Below the pieces are notes generated by a model. That model had not been told where the DNA came from, did not search any database, and saw only the letters and a list, made by a program, of their open reading frames with translations. Shown here piece after piece: positions 19,234 to 28,556 of a DNA stretch of 64,000 nt; the stretch's first letter is position 1, and the number at the start of each line of letters is the position of its first letter. Source of the stretch: a virus. The stretch covers positions 187,488 through 251,487 of the IMG/VR virus record IMGVR_UViG_3300027896_005002; one strand, 5' to 3'. Position numbers and translations under genes: made by a program.

Positions 19234-19797
19234 TTATAAATTTTTAAAAGCTCTATCAGATATCATCTGGTATAATTTTTGTATATGAGTAATTATTTGA
19301 CGAATGATTTTTTTGATAAGATCATCTAATAATGACCATATAAAAGATATAGGCCAATACATTACCCATAAAGTAACTTTGCCTTTATGTTTACTAATAA
19401 GAGGCTTGTCAATATTATTTAATGCAGCTTCTTTGGCCCATTCAGCATCTGCAGTACTATATCGACTTCTATCTTTATCCCAATTAGCTTTAAATATTTC
19501 TTTTTCTTTTTTATGTTTTTCCGCTATTTTGTAAACATGTAACCACCATTTTATAAATGACCATAAAAATCCAAAAACTAAATATAAAACAAAATAAAAC
19601 ACTTGTTCCCATGGATGCTGGATCATATACTTTACTATATCTGTCTTTGAAATATATTGAATGAATAGAATATATAAAACAAGACAGAGAATTGGCCAAA
19701 AAATATGATCTTTTTCTAATGCAACAGTTACATAAATTGCAAAAGCAATTGTAACAACCCACCAACCAATACCAAACAAAGCAAAGAAAGCAAGCAT
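19234..19797 (-). CDS. Integral membrane protein, 187 aa
   Basis: Several hydrophobic helices. Confidence 0.45.
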   Translation of the reverse strand: MLAFFALFGIGWWVVTIAFAIYVTVALEKDHIFWPILCLVLYILFIQYISKTDIVKYMIQHPWEQVFYFVLYLVFGFLWSFIKWWLHVYKIAEKHKKEKEIFKANWDKDRSRYSTADAEWAKEAALNNIDKPLISKHKGKVTLWVMYWPISFIWSLLDDLIKKIIRQIITHIQKLYQMISDRAFKNL

Positions 19798-19862
19798 TGA
19801 ATTCTCCTTAATTTAATTCATTCATCCATCCATATAAATCAACTTATAGATCGAAGAACTTT

Positions 19863-20672
19863 CTATTTTTTATTATTTACCAAAATTGTTAATGGATTTA
19901 ATGACGGACTGTTTATAACAGTATTTGATGTATCACAATGATATAATTTGAATTCATTTTTATATTTTTCCCATTGTTTTAAAACATTGGGAACAAAAGT
20001 TCTTGTCTCATCCATAAGTCTTTGATCTTGTTTTCTTTTATAATATTCAATTTGTCTACCACCATTATGACCGGCTAAAATAAGGTCTAATTGAGGATAC
20101 GATGAATAAAGTAAATCAAGGTTTTTTACAGCAATCCTCGAGTTAACATCAATGTCAAATAAGGAACTTGGATAAAATGATAATCCCAGAAAACAGCATA
20201 TTGATCTCGCTGTTAAATCCATTACTTGATATAATCCTTTAGCACCCATTTCACTTATTGTATCAATACCAAAATTTGATTCATGTCTTTGAATGGCTAA
20301 TAAATATAAAGGATCTGGAACCCAAGGATATTTTGTAAATTCTCTATGAGTTATATCTGCAATTTTATAGGCTTTTTCATAATTGATAGGAATTCGACGA
20401 CCTGATGCTTTGATTTCTGTCCAACGTTCAATAATTTTATCCCTCATAAACAAGATGTATTTTTGCCGAATCGTTTCTACATTAAATGTAGAATAGAGAA
20501 ACTGATTGGTCTCTTGTTGTTTGATGACCTGTTTCTCTTGGTATGTTCTTATGTTATAGACATCATAAAGTATGATGCCAACAGCAATAAGAACAATAAT
20601 TGTTAAAATCCAATTTACGTGCCAATGTTTCATTGGGCCCTCCTTTTGGGAGTTAGTACTTTTTATGGACAT
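19863..20672 (-). CDS. Lytic transglycosylase (SLT domain) with N-terminal membrane anchor
   Basis: ESNFGIDTISEMGAKGLYQVM matches the SLT catalytic-Glu consensus ES..S..GA.GLMQ; AGHNGG matches the AGYNAG motif; N-terminal TM helix. Confidence 0.7.
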   Translation of the reverse strand: MSIKSTNSQKEGPMKHWHVNWILTIIVLIAVGIILYDVYNIRTYQEKQVIKQQETNQFLYSTFNVETIRQKYILFMRDKIIERWTEIKASGRRIPINYEKAYKIADITHREFTKYPWVPDPLYLLAIQRHESNFGIDTISEMGAKGLYQVMDLTARSICCFLGLSFYPSSLFDIDVNSRIAVKNLDLLYSSYPQLDLILAGHNGGRQIEYYKRKQDQRLMDETRTFVPNVLKQWEKYKNEFKLYHCDTSNTVINSPSLNPLTILVNNKK

Positions 20673-20713
20673 ATCTCTAATATAAAATTATACTTACCGT
20701 AGATTTGGGTGGG

Positions 20714-22030
20714 TTAATTTTCGTCTGCAAAATCAATATCTTCGAAAGGTTGAAGATCTTCAAGTTTCACTGCCCATAAGTCATCGTTGAATTTTTGCTC
20801 GCTATCTGTTAAGGTATTCAAGTCCGACTTCATAGCAAATGAAAAATATTTTGAATTGTTAGCAGTTTTGTTCATACTTGTATCGCCTGCTTTTAGGTTT
20901 TTAAACCCGGCTTTTGCGAAGAACAATTGGAAAATAGCTGGATCAATGTAATGCCTTCTTGCAACTTTCGGTGTATTTCCCAAAAATTCTGAAACAACAT
21001 TTGAGGCTCTCTTAACTGAATTTTTTGCATCTTTTTTTGTAAATTTAACAACATTAATATCATCTAAAAATTCTTTGGCAATTTTTGATGCATGATAATG
21101 TCTGAAATGATGAATTGTTACATTCGATCCAAGATTTTTTCTTAAATATCTATTGACTAATCTTGGGGAAATCCTAAATTGTTTTTCTCCTTTTTTGAAA
21201 GTAAATATGGAATCTTCTGGTCCTTTACTAGTAATTAATTCCTGTAAATTTCGTTTAACAGGAGCAGATACTTCTATTGTATGTTTTTGAGGTATTTCAT
21301 CTTTTCCAGTATAACTAAATTCTATTTTATTATTGTCTTTAAAAGTCATATGTTTTACTTTTAAATTATGAAGACCTCGAACATCATTCTGTTCACTCTT
21401 TTTATTACCTACTCTCATAGCACATTGATCAACTAAAGCAATTGCAGTAGCATATACTCTCGACCGAACATTAGTACTATTTAAATCTGTATTATATTTT
21501 TCTCTTATGCTTGGTAATAATTGACCAAAACGTTGATTATTTGCAAATTTAATTTTCTTATGCTTTTTAATATAATTTTCTGTATAATAATGCTGCTTTT
21601 TGCCAGACTTTGGATGACGCTGAATTGCATAATAAACGTCATCAGTTTTACTTTTCCATTTAGGATTAATTTCAACCTTAACACCTGAATAAAATCCATG
21701 AGTTGTATTAAGACGTTTGCCGTCTTTTGTAAAAAATTCAGGATGAGTCTTAAATGTAATTTTTGCTTTTTCTTTTCTTTTAGATTTAATGTCTTCTTTT
21801 TTACCTTTTGTCTTAGACTTAGGTTCATCAAATTTAATATCACCTCTTTCTATTACATCATCTAACTCATTGTATTTTTTATGCAAAGCATTCAAACGAC
21901 GTTGTTCTTCAGGAGGTAATGATTTGAAGACAACCATGTTTCTGGTTTTAGGATTGGGAAACTTTTTTCCCATCCACCATGGTTTAGCTATTTTCAAAAA
22001 TTCTAGAGAAATTTGAGCTAAATGCTTCAT
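20714..22030 (-). CDS. DNA topoisomerase IB (pox/bacterial type) carrying the shared N-terminal leader
   Basis: RVGNKKSEQNDVRGLHNLKVKHM (Topo IB core), catalytic Tyr context LGNTPKVARRHYIDP (compare vaccinia SKRAY), HHFRHYHASK; N-terminal MKHLAQISLEFLKIAKPWW is homologous to the leader family. Confidence 0.7.
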   Translation of the reverse strand: MKHLAQISLEFLKIAKPWWMGKKFPNPKTRNMVVFKSLPPEEQRRLNALHKKYNELDDVIERGDIKFDEPKSKTKGKKEDIKSKRKEKAKITFKTHPEFFTKDGKRLNTTHGFYSGVKVEINPKWKSKTDDVYYAIQRHPKSGKKQHYYTENYIKKHKKIKFANNQRFGQLLPSIREKYNTDLNSTNVRSRVYATAIALVDQCAMRVGNKKSEQNDVRGLHNLKVKHMTFKDNNKIEFSYTGKDEIPQKHTIEVSAPVKRNLQELITSKGPEDSIFTFKKGEKQFRISPRLVNRYLRKNLGSNVTIHHFRHYHASKIAKEFLDDINVVKFTKKDAKNSVKRASNVVSEFLGNTPKVARRHYIDPAIFQLFFAKAGFKNLKAGDTSMNKTANNSKYFSFAMKSDLNTLTDSEQKFNDDLWAVKLEDLQPFEDIDFADEN

Positions 22031-22695
22031 ATTTTATCCTTTAAACGTTTTAATTCTTTTCTCTCCCATTCTTTACCTCCTAAAGGTGGATTTTTAGAAG
22101 GCCAACCTTTATTACCAGCATCTTTGTACCTACCCAAAAATAATCCCATACTTACATAATTATTGCCCTGCATACCTTGCTCAGTATAGTCGAGCGAATT
22201 TCGTTTATAACCTTTTTTTTCCATTATATCTCTAATTGATTTTAGAAATTTTGGATCTGTATATATCAAACCAGTCTTACTCGGACGATAACCGTCAAGA
22301 TAAACTCTTATATGTGCATAATTATCATCATTATCAGGATCACCAAGATCTTCATGAGGTTCAAGCTTAATTTTTGATATTCTATATTCTTGCTTTTCAT
22401 CAGATCCACCCCACATTCCGTGAGATGAACTACCAAAGGCTTCTACCTTTTTGCCTTCCATGTTGTGTACAAACTTATTAAATAACATCTCATTTCTAGT
22501 CTTCTTCTCAATTCTTTTTAGACGATTACTTATTTCTTCGTTGGGTGTATTACCTCTCGAAATTGCACTTGGCGTCAAACGTCTTTTACTTTTTGGATGT
22601 CTTTTTAGATAAGCTCTTTGAAACTCTAGAGGCATATCTTTCCACTTTCGGGCTTCTTTAACAAATTCAGATTGAATGATAGCTAAATGATTCAT
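22027..22695 (-). CDS. Leader-family protein 2 (222 aa; unknown C-terminal domain)
   Basis: N-terminal MNHLAIIQSEFVKEARKWKDMPLEFQRAYLKRHPKSKRRL; TAAGGAATGA SD; ATGA overlap with the topo IB gene. Confidence 0.55.
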   Translation of the reverse strand: MNHLAIIQSEFVKEARKWKDMPLEFQRAYLKRHPKSKRRLTPSAISRGNTPNEEISNRLKRIEKKTRNEMLFNKFVHNMEGKKVEAFGSSSHGMWGGSDEKQEYRISKIKLEPHEDLGDPDNDDNYAHIRVYLDGYRPSKTGLIYTDPKFLKSIRDIMEKKGYKRNSLDYTEQGMQGNNYVSMGLFLGRYKDAGNKGWPSKNPPLGGKEWERKELKRLKDKI

Positions 22696-22703
22696 ATCAT
22701 TCC

Positions 22704-23153
22704 TTACGTTTTATTTTTTTTTCTTAAATCTAATTTTACCAAAAAATAATCTTTTTTAAATTTTTCTTTTATTTTCTTTTTCAATTGAGCTTTAATAAAA
22801 TTTCTAATCTTATCTTGTTTTTGCTCAAAATATTCAGCTTCTTCATCGGAAACATCTCCAGCTATTGAATCAAATATTTTTTCTGTATAATGTTCTATAC
22901 TATCTTTATCTGTATAATCATGTCTTATTATATCATCTACTTGATTATCAATTTCATTTACTGCATCTTTGGCAAAATCATAATCTTCAAAGTTTTTCTT
23001 TTTGTTTTCGACAACAATACGTTTTCCAACATCTATCTGTCTTTTGCTTTTGGGATGTCTTTTTAAATAAGCTTTTTGAAATTCTAAAGACATGTCTTTC
23101 CACTTACAAGCTTCTTTAATAAATTCAGATTGAATGATAGCTAAATGATTCAT
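22704..23153 (-). CDS. Leader-family protein 3 (149 aa; acidic/coiled-coil C-terminal part)
   Basis: N-terminal MNHLAIIQSEFIKEACKWKDMSLEFQKAYLKRHPKSKRQ; first 110 nt nearly identical at DNA level to the 22027-22695 paralog. Confidence 0.55.
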   Translation of the reverse strand: MNHLAIIQSEFIKEACKWKDMSLEFQKAYLKRHPKSKRQIDVGKRIVVENKKKNFEDYDFAKDAVNEIDNQVDDIIRHDYTDKDSIEHYTEKIFDSIAGDVSDEEAEYFEQKQDKIRNFIKAQLKKKIKEKFKKDYFLVKLDLRKKNKT

Positions 23154-23471
23154 TTATCTTTCCTTATAAAATAATTTTATTAAAAATCTACAATATTGTA
23201 GTTTTATAAAGTAATAATTAAAAAGTTTTAAAATGAGATATTGAAACGAATCAACTTCTTGCTTTAATGAACGACATTTGATTCTTTAACCAAAATTAAA
23301 GAATTAGAGATATCATTCTCCACAAGCTTAAAATTCCTATTCTCCATAGGTACTTCATTTAATATCTCTATCTTCCACTAACCCACATTCACATTTATAA
23401 ATTCTATCATTTAATGATAATTCACTCATTCTATTGTATACATAACATTGTTTAGTAGATGGATACCATTA

Positions 23472-24983
23472 TCAATTATTTTTAATTAAATCAATAGCCT
23501 CATCTTTTGTCATATCTGGATTTTGCATCAACTGATCTTTCAAATAATTAAGTATTTTACCAACTTCTGGTCCTTGTGGTATATTTAATATTTGCATAAC
23601 TTCATTACCAGATATTGGCAATTTTATTTGCTCTATAGGTTTTTCTTCCTGTAATTGTTTTATTCTATTTTTCAATTCTATAAATTCATCCATATTAGTA
23701 TGGTCAGCCACATGACTCATTCTGTCAGCTTCAATCAAATTCAACACATGTTCTAATTCAGGTCCCATATCTCTTATAAATCGTCTAACAGAAGCTTTAG
23801 ACCATGTTTTTGAATCCCTTGTTCTCATATGTGATTCAACAACTTTTGAAACTATATTTATCATATCATTCGGATATTTCATTCTTTTCATTACATCTTG
23901 AGTAATATTTTTTGATACATCATCATGAGCGTAAAAATGAGTACCTGATTCAGTAACAGTTCTTGTATCTGCTTTACCAATATCATGAAATACTGCTGAC
24001 AATCTATCTGTTAAAGTTGGTTTTGATTGCTTCAATACATCCATTGTATGAGTCCAAGCATCAGCATAGTGAAATTTACCTTGTTCGATACCTTCAAGTT
24101 TTAATAATTCTGGCATGAATTGTTTTAATAATCCAGTATTTTTTAATATTTCAAGACCTCTGCTTGGATTGTTTGTCAATAATATTTTATTAAATTCATC
24201 TTGAATTCTTTCAGCTGAAATAAAATTAAGTTCTTGCGCATTAGTTTTGATTGCAGGTTCAATATCATCGGCAAATTTAAAATTGTATTTAACAGCAAAA
24301 CGTACAGCTCTCATCATGCGAAGCGGGTCGTCATTAAATGTAATGTTGGGATTTAGAGGTGTACGAATTATGCCGTCGTTTAAGTCTTTTAAACCTTTGC
24401 CAGTTAAGTCTAATGTTTTGTTATTAGTAAGATCATATAGTAGAGAATTTATCGTAAAATCTCGACGTTCTACATCTTCTTGTATTGTACCAAAAGAAGT
24501 CTTTGGTTTACGACTATGTTTTGCATATTCTTCATTTCTTGTTTGAACAAATTCAACTTCAACACTATTTTTAAGTTGTATTTTGGCAGTACCAAAAGTT
24601 GGAAATATAACGGGTTCTCTAATACCTAGTTTTTTGCTGATATATTCTGCAAGTTTAATTCCACCATTTAAAGCTGTGACAGTAATATCAATGTCTTTAG
24701 ATTTTTTACCTAATAATTCATCGCGAACAAATCCGCCAGCAAGAAATGCATGATTTGCAAATGGAGATTCTTTAATAATTGAACTTAACAATTTTATTGA
24801 TTGTTGTTCTTTGGTTTTTGACCGTGGTCTACCTGTAAGTTTTTTCTTTGAAAGAGGATGTTTATTTAAATAATCTTTTTGTTGTCGAAGCGTAAGATCA
24901 TCCCACGAAAGCGCAATTTTGATAAATTCACGATTTATTTTTAAAAAGTTAGTCATATAACCTTTAACGTTAAATTGACACAA
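23472..24983 (-). CDS. CCA-adding tRNA nucleotidyltransferase / poly(A) polymerase family enzyme with HD domain, carrying the shared leader
   Basis: Pol-beta-type head LAGGFVRDELLGKKSKDIDI (GGxVRD...DxD), HD motif AVFHDIGKADT; leader MTNFLKINREFIKIALSWDDLTLRQQKDYLNKHPLSKKKL (true start probably the Met at about 24956). Confidence 0.65.
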   Translation of the reverse strand: MCQFNVKGYMTNFLKINREFIKIALSWDDLTLRQQKDYLNKHPLSKKKLTGRPRSKTKEQQSIKLLSSIIKESPFANHAFLAGGFVRDELLGKKSKDIDITVTALNGGIKLAEYISKKLGIREPVIFPTFGTAKIQLKNSVEVEFVQTRNEEYAKHSRKPKTSFGTIQEDVERRDFTINSLLYDLTNNKTLDLTGKGLKDLNDGIIRTPLNPNITFNDDPLRMMRAVRFAVKYNFKFADDIEPAIKTNAQELNFISAERIQDEFNKILLTNNPSRGLEILKNTGLLKQFMPELLKLEGIEQGKFHYADAWTHTMDVLKQSKPTLTDRLSAVFHDIGKADTRTVTESGTHFYAHDDVSKNITQDVMKRMKYPNDMINIVSKVVESHMRTRDSKTWSKASVRRFIRDMGPELEHVLNLIEADRMSHVADHTNMDEFIELKNRIKQLQEEKPIEQIKLPISGNEVMQILNIPQGPEVGKILNYLKDQLMQNPDMTKDEAIDLIKNN

Positions 24984-25009
24984 TTATTGCTATAATATAA
25001 GAGAATCTA

Positions 25010-25219
25010 TTAAGTTTTTATTTTATTTTTGTAAATAATCCGTGATCGCTTATGTATTAGAAGGTCGCGAATGTCGAGGAGAGTTGTAAGAATTAATTTT
25101 TGATTAGTAATAACTGCATCAGTCAAATTCATTCTGAGGACAACGTCTTCAGCACTAACAAATGCTTTTCGTATGTCAGTTCTTCTAGATATCGTCAAAA
25201 CTTTCTTCTTCATCATCAT
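25010..25219 (-). CDS. Hypothetical small protein, 69 aa
   Basis: ORF only. Confidence 0.25.
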   Translation of the reverse strand: MMMKKKVLTISRRTDIRKAFVSAEDVVLRMNLTDAVITNQKLILTTLLDIRDLLIHKRSRIIYKNKIKT

Positions 25220-25348
25220 TGCTAGTTAAGTCATCCTCATCCATTATTTGCATCATTTCTGACAAATCTTTATCAAAATCAAGTTCGTCATCAAGTATAC
25301 TACCATCGTCGTTCGAAAAATCATCGTCGTTAAATTCTTTCATGTTTT

Positions 25349-25615
25349 CTACTCATTTTTTAATTCAAAACCATTTTGTCTAACAATTCTGGTTACTATA
25401 TTACTTGATTCTATTGGAAATGAGCCAATTTCACGATCATGTTTAAAATCATCTTCATAATGGTAGAGTGAATTAAATTTTCCTTTTAATTCTCTTGACA
25501 TTCTGCTAAGAGCTACGACCAATCTTGAATCAGCTCTACCAACTTTATCCTGAGCTAAAACAATTAAATGCCCAACATTACCAACTTTTTTAATAATCAT
25601 ATATACTCTTTTCAT
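25349..25615 (-). CDS. Hypothetical small protein, 88 aa
   Basis: ORF immediately downstream of a strong hairpin. Confidence 0.4.
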   Translation of the reverse strand: MKRVYMIIKKVGNVGHLIVLAQDKVGRADSRLVVALSRMSRELKGKFNSLYHYEDDFKHDREIGSFPIESSNIVTRIVRQNGFELKNE

Positions 25616-25624
25616 TTAAATTTG

Positions 25625-25657
25625 TATAGAAGTGCCAACTTTGTTGGCACTTCTATA
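25625..25657 (-). terminator. Strong 15-bp perfect hairpin (TATAGAAGTGCCAAC-TTT-GTTGGCACTTCTATA), attenuator/terminator or RNA-processing element
   Basis: Perfect inverted repeat between the stop of the 25664-25891 gene and the start of the 25349-25615 gene; no clean T-run, so may be a partial terminator or stabiliser. Confidence 0.4.
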
Positions 25658-25663
25658 AGAAAA

Positions 25664-25891
25664 TTATTCAGCCGGTTTTTCTTTCTTTGCAGCTTTACGT
25701 GCAGCCTTCTTTGCTTTCTGGTCAGTTAATACATCTTCGCGAATAGCTTTAATAGCTTTTTTTGCGACAAGTAGTGCTTTGCGAGCTTTTGATCCTGATG
25801 CATTGATATTCTCTGTTTTATATTTGGCATATTCTGTGTTGAATTCAGCAATAGCACTTGTTAATTCTTGAATCTTATTTTCGCAACTCAT
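25664..25891 (-). CDS. Lys/Ala-rich basic protein (histone H1/HU-like tail KAAKK repeats), putative DNA-binding protein
   Basis: SKARKALLVAKKAIKAIREDVLTDQKAKKAARKAAKKEKPAE. Confidence 0.35.
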   Translation of the reverse strand: MSCENKIQELTSAIAEFNTEYAKYKTENINASGSKARKALLVAKKAIKAIREDVLTDQKAKKAARKAAKKEKPAE

Positions 25892-25904
25892 TTGATCCTC
25901 CTAT

Positions 25905-26879
25905 TTAATGTTGTGAGTCCTGTTTATCTACAATTAATTTCTGTTGTTTCGCTTTGACCTGTCGGTCGAAATCTACATTTATGCCATCTTGTATTCCCTC
26001 CGTGGATTTTTTCAATTCCCTAAAGAATAATGCTTTTTGATCTTTGGTTATTGTCGGAAGCATTAACTTTAATGAATCGTCAATCCTCGCTAATATTTGT
26101 TTAATGACAACATTAAGATATATTTCTTCAGTATCTTTTGGGCTAACTAATGATTTTTTATCGCCAAATGATCCTGATATTGCTTTACTAGTTATAAATC
26201 CAAGTTGTGTTAAATATTGTCCTTGTTTACTTTCAAGATCAACTTTTGATAAAGCTTTGAACTTCGATATTGATTGTTTATTTAAAACATTTAAAATTTG
26301 AGCTTGTTTTATAATTAGCTCATCAATACCAAAAGATTTACCATTATTCTTTTTTTCTTGAATCATTTCTTCCAATTCACCATACTTGGTAATCAATTCT
26401 TTTGCTGTAGTATCAAACATTTCTAATTCATCGATATATCTTTGTTTGGCAAGCTTAAAAATGTCTTTTTGTATTGTTGATGGTTCTAAATCAATTGCAG
26501 CTAATCTTTGTTTGTTGTATTCAGCAATAGCAGCAGCTCGTACATCAAAATGTGAATTAAAATGTCTATGAAGTAATGATTTATTTAGAGATCTGCCCGT
26601 TCTTTCCTCAAATTTCGATGAGTATTTTTCAATTATTTTGCTATAGGATTCACCATCGAGGAAAGATTTATTTAGTTTGACTGCCCAGATAGGAGTTGTG
26701 CAAAGAATACATCGAGAGTTGGGTCGTAGATAATTATCAATTATTTCATTATCGGTCTTTTTGACGATTTCTTCTTCAATATTTTCTTCGTTTTGTTCTG
26801 ACTCTTCATTTTGTGCAGGTTCAAGTACTTCAGCTTCCTGCAAATCAATACCCATATTAAGGTCGTTATCGTTATCCAT
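25905..26879 (-). CDS. Hypothetical protein, 324 aa, acidic N-terminus
   Basis: Long ORF, ATGA-type overlap with the downstream gene. Confidence 0.5.
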   Translation of the reverse strand: MDNDNDLNMGIDLQEAEVLEPAQNEESEQNEENIEEEIVKKTDNEIIDNYLRPNSRCILCTTPIWAVKLNKSFLDGESYSKIIEKYSSKFEERTGRSLNKSLLHRHFNSHFDVRAAAIAEYNKQRLAAIDLEPSTIQKDIFKLAKQRYIDELEMFDTTAKELITKYGELEEMIQEKKNNGKSFGIDELIIKQAQILNVLNKQSISKFKALSKVDLESKQGQYLTQLGFITSKAISGSFGDKKSLVSPKDTEEIYLNVVIKQILARIDDSLKLMLPTITKDQKALFFRELKKSTEGIQDGINVDFDRQVKAKQQKLIVDKQDSQH

Positions 26880-27195
26880 TATTTGTTTTAAATGATTTAA
26901 ATTTATCTGATGTGTTTGCTACTTTAATAAAATGATCTAATTTGAATTCAAATTCTTTTACAGCATCACCCAAATCTTTTTCTAAAATCATCTCATAATA
27001 AAATACAAATCCATAATCTTTTCCTTGTAATGGTTTATCAGGATCACCAATGCCTACAGCAGACCCTAATTCATCCTTATAAACCCAGATTTTTTTATTG
27101 AGTTTTTTTTCAGTAATTATTCTGTTGCAAATATCAATAAAAATATTAATTTTTTGCTCAATCAGTACATGATATCTTCGTATATCATTTTGCAT
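26872..27195 (-). CDS. Hypothetical protein, 107 aa
   Basis: ORF in operon-like overlap chain. Confidence 0.4.
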   Translation of the reverse strand: MQNDIRRYHVLIEQKINIFIDICNRIITEKKLNKKIWVYKDELGSAVGIGDPDKPLQGKDYGFVFYYEMILEKDLGDAVKEFEFKLDHFIKVANTSDKFKSFKTNNG

Positions 27196-27370
27196 CTATT
27201 AACTCTTTTACAATTGGACTAAAATTTTCTTTTATATAATTACCAACCATTTTTTTGGTTATTTTTTTGTCAATAGCGTCAATCACCATTGCTGAAACAA
27301 TTTTCTTTACAATTTGTTCTTCGTATAATCGTTTTTTAAAAAATTGTTCCTCTGATGACTTTATCGACAT
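27185..27370 (-). CDS. Hypothetical protein, 61 aa
   Basis: ORF in overlap chain. Confidence 0.3.
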   Translation of the reverse strand: MSIKSSEEQFFKKRLYEEQIVKKIVSAMVIDAIDKKITKKMVGNYIKENFSPIVKELIDAK

Positions 27371-27708
27371 ATTAGTTTCATCACATCGTCAATTGTTATA
27401 CATTTATCTAAATTTTCTGCTAAATCAATTACATCGTCAACTGAAATAGCTTCACCCATTGTCTTAACATGATTTTCAAACAATTTATAAATATACTTTG
27501 CATCTGTTTTATTTTTTGCAGTCTTTATTCTCTTTACCATTTCTTCATCAATTGGAACAACTTTTCCATTATAAATTGAAATCAATGCTTTGCAAGATAT
27601 ACAATTAATTATCATTATATCAGGTGATTTTTTCAAAAATATCTCATATTGCTTATTACATGAAGGACATACAAATGAAAGACACGCAGTTTTTATTTTC
27701 ATTTTCAT
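27361..27708 (-). CDS. Zinc-ribbon protein (CPSC...CISC), 115 aa
   Basis: Two CxxC pairs N-terminal. Confidence 0.4.
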   Translation of the reverse strand: MKMKIKTACLSFVCPSCNKQYEIFLKKSPDIMIINCISCKALISIYNGKVVPIDEEMVKRIKTAKNKTDAKYIYKLFENHVKTMGEAISVDDVIDLAENLDKCITIDDVMKLICR

Positions 27709-27730
27709 TTGCTCCTCCTTAATAATAATT

Positions 27731-28021
27731 TTATGTTATTATTTTTCTATTTTTTAATGCAAGTTCATATTCTTCAAGAACTTTATCCTCAATGACTTTT
27801 CTAAATTCATTAGATAATGGATGAGCTATATCCTGAAAACTACCATCTGTATGTTTAGTATTCGGCATTACAACAAAAAAACCTTTTGCACCTTCTATCA
27901 CTCTCAAATTCTTAACAATAAAAACATCGTTAAAAATGATATTTGCAAAACATTTAAATTTTATATTTTGCGGATTTTGTTTGCTCGGAAATGCTAATTG
28001 GACTTTTGTAATTTCAAGCAT
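27731..28021 (-). CDS. spoVG: SpoVG-family nucleic-acid-binding regulator
   Basis: Aligns along the full length with B. subtilis SpoVG: LRVIEGAKGFFVVMPNTKHTDGSFQDIAHPLSNEFRKVIEDKVLEEY vs [47 protein letters not shown]. Confidence 0.8.
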   Translation of the reverse strand: MLEITKVQLAFPSKQNPQNIKFKCFANIIFNDVFIVKNLRVIEGAKGFFVVMPNTKHTDGSFQDIAHPLSNEFRKVIEDKVLEEYELALKNRKIIT

Positions 28022-28034
28022 CTTTTACTCACAT

Positions 28035-28556
28035 TCATAATAAATTAACAATTTTATATTCTGTTTTATAAACTGTCTGACCCTTTATTTTTGTAGCTTC
28101 AACATCTACAACAGTCGCTGCAACGAGATTTTGATGTATTTTGTTTGGATGCAAAATTTCATCAATTAATCCTACATGGACCCATCGTCCAAATTCAAAT
28201 ATTAATTGCGAATATTTTACATCTGATGATGCAATTTTATTAAATATATCTTTAAGTTTCCCATTAGCAACAATCAAATCAGCAGCTTCACCATCAGAAT
28301 GTTGAGACGTAAGTGATCCATTAACTGCTATATTTAACTGTTTACATCTAAATCCTGATGTAATAACAAAAGGTCCAATTAGATCCCATACAGGATCAAG
28401 TACATCAGTTGCTAATTTAGTTAGATTATCAATAAACATCATTGCATTTTCAACATTTATATCTAACAAATCTCTATGTTCAGTATTTGTTAACATTCCA
28501 AAAGTAATATATTTTGATAACTGATAATTTAAAGGTATTAATGATTCGGTACTCAT
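28035..28556 (-). CDS. Peptidase M15 (VanY / D-Ala-D-Ala carboxypeptidase-like) family, putative peptidoglycan hydrolase / endolysin
   Basis: ITSGFRCKQLNIAVNGSLTSQHSDGEAADL matches the M15 Zn-binding SGYR...N...S.H..G.A.D pattern. Confidence 0.55.
   Translation of the reverse strand: MSTESLIPLNYQLSKYITFGMLTNTEHRDLLDINVENAMMFIDNLTKLATDVLDPVWDLIGPFVITSGFRCKQLNIAVNGSLTSQHSDGEAADLIVANGKLKDIFNKIASSDVKYSQLIFEFGRWVHVGLIDEILHPNKIHQNLVAATVVDVEATKIKGQTVYKTEYKIVNLL

Noticed and set aside
23187-23200. Palindrome CTACAATATTGTAG flanked by T-runs as a bidirectional terminator
   Set aside because: AT-rich 7-bp stem without a loop is thermodynamically weak; more likely a protein-binding palindrome or a chance occurrence
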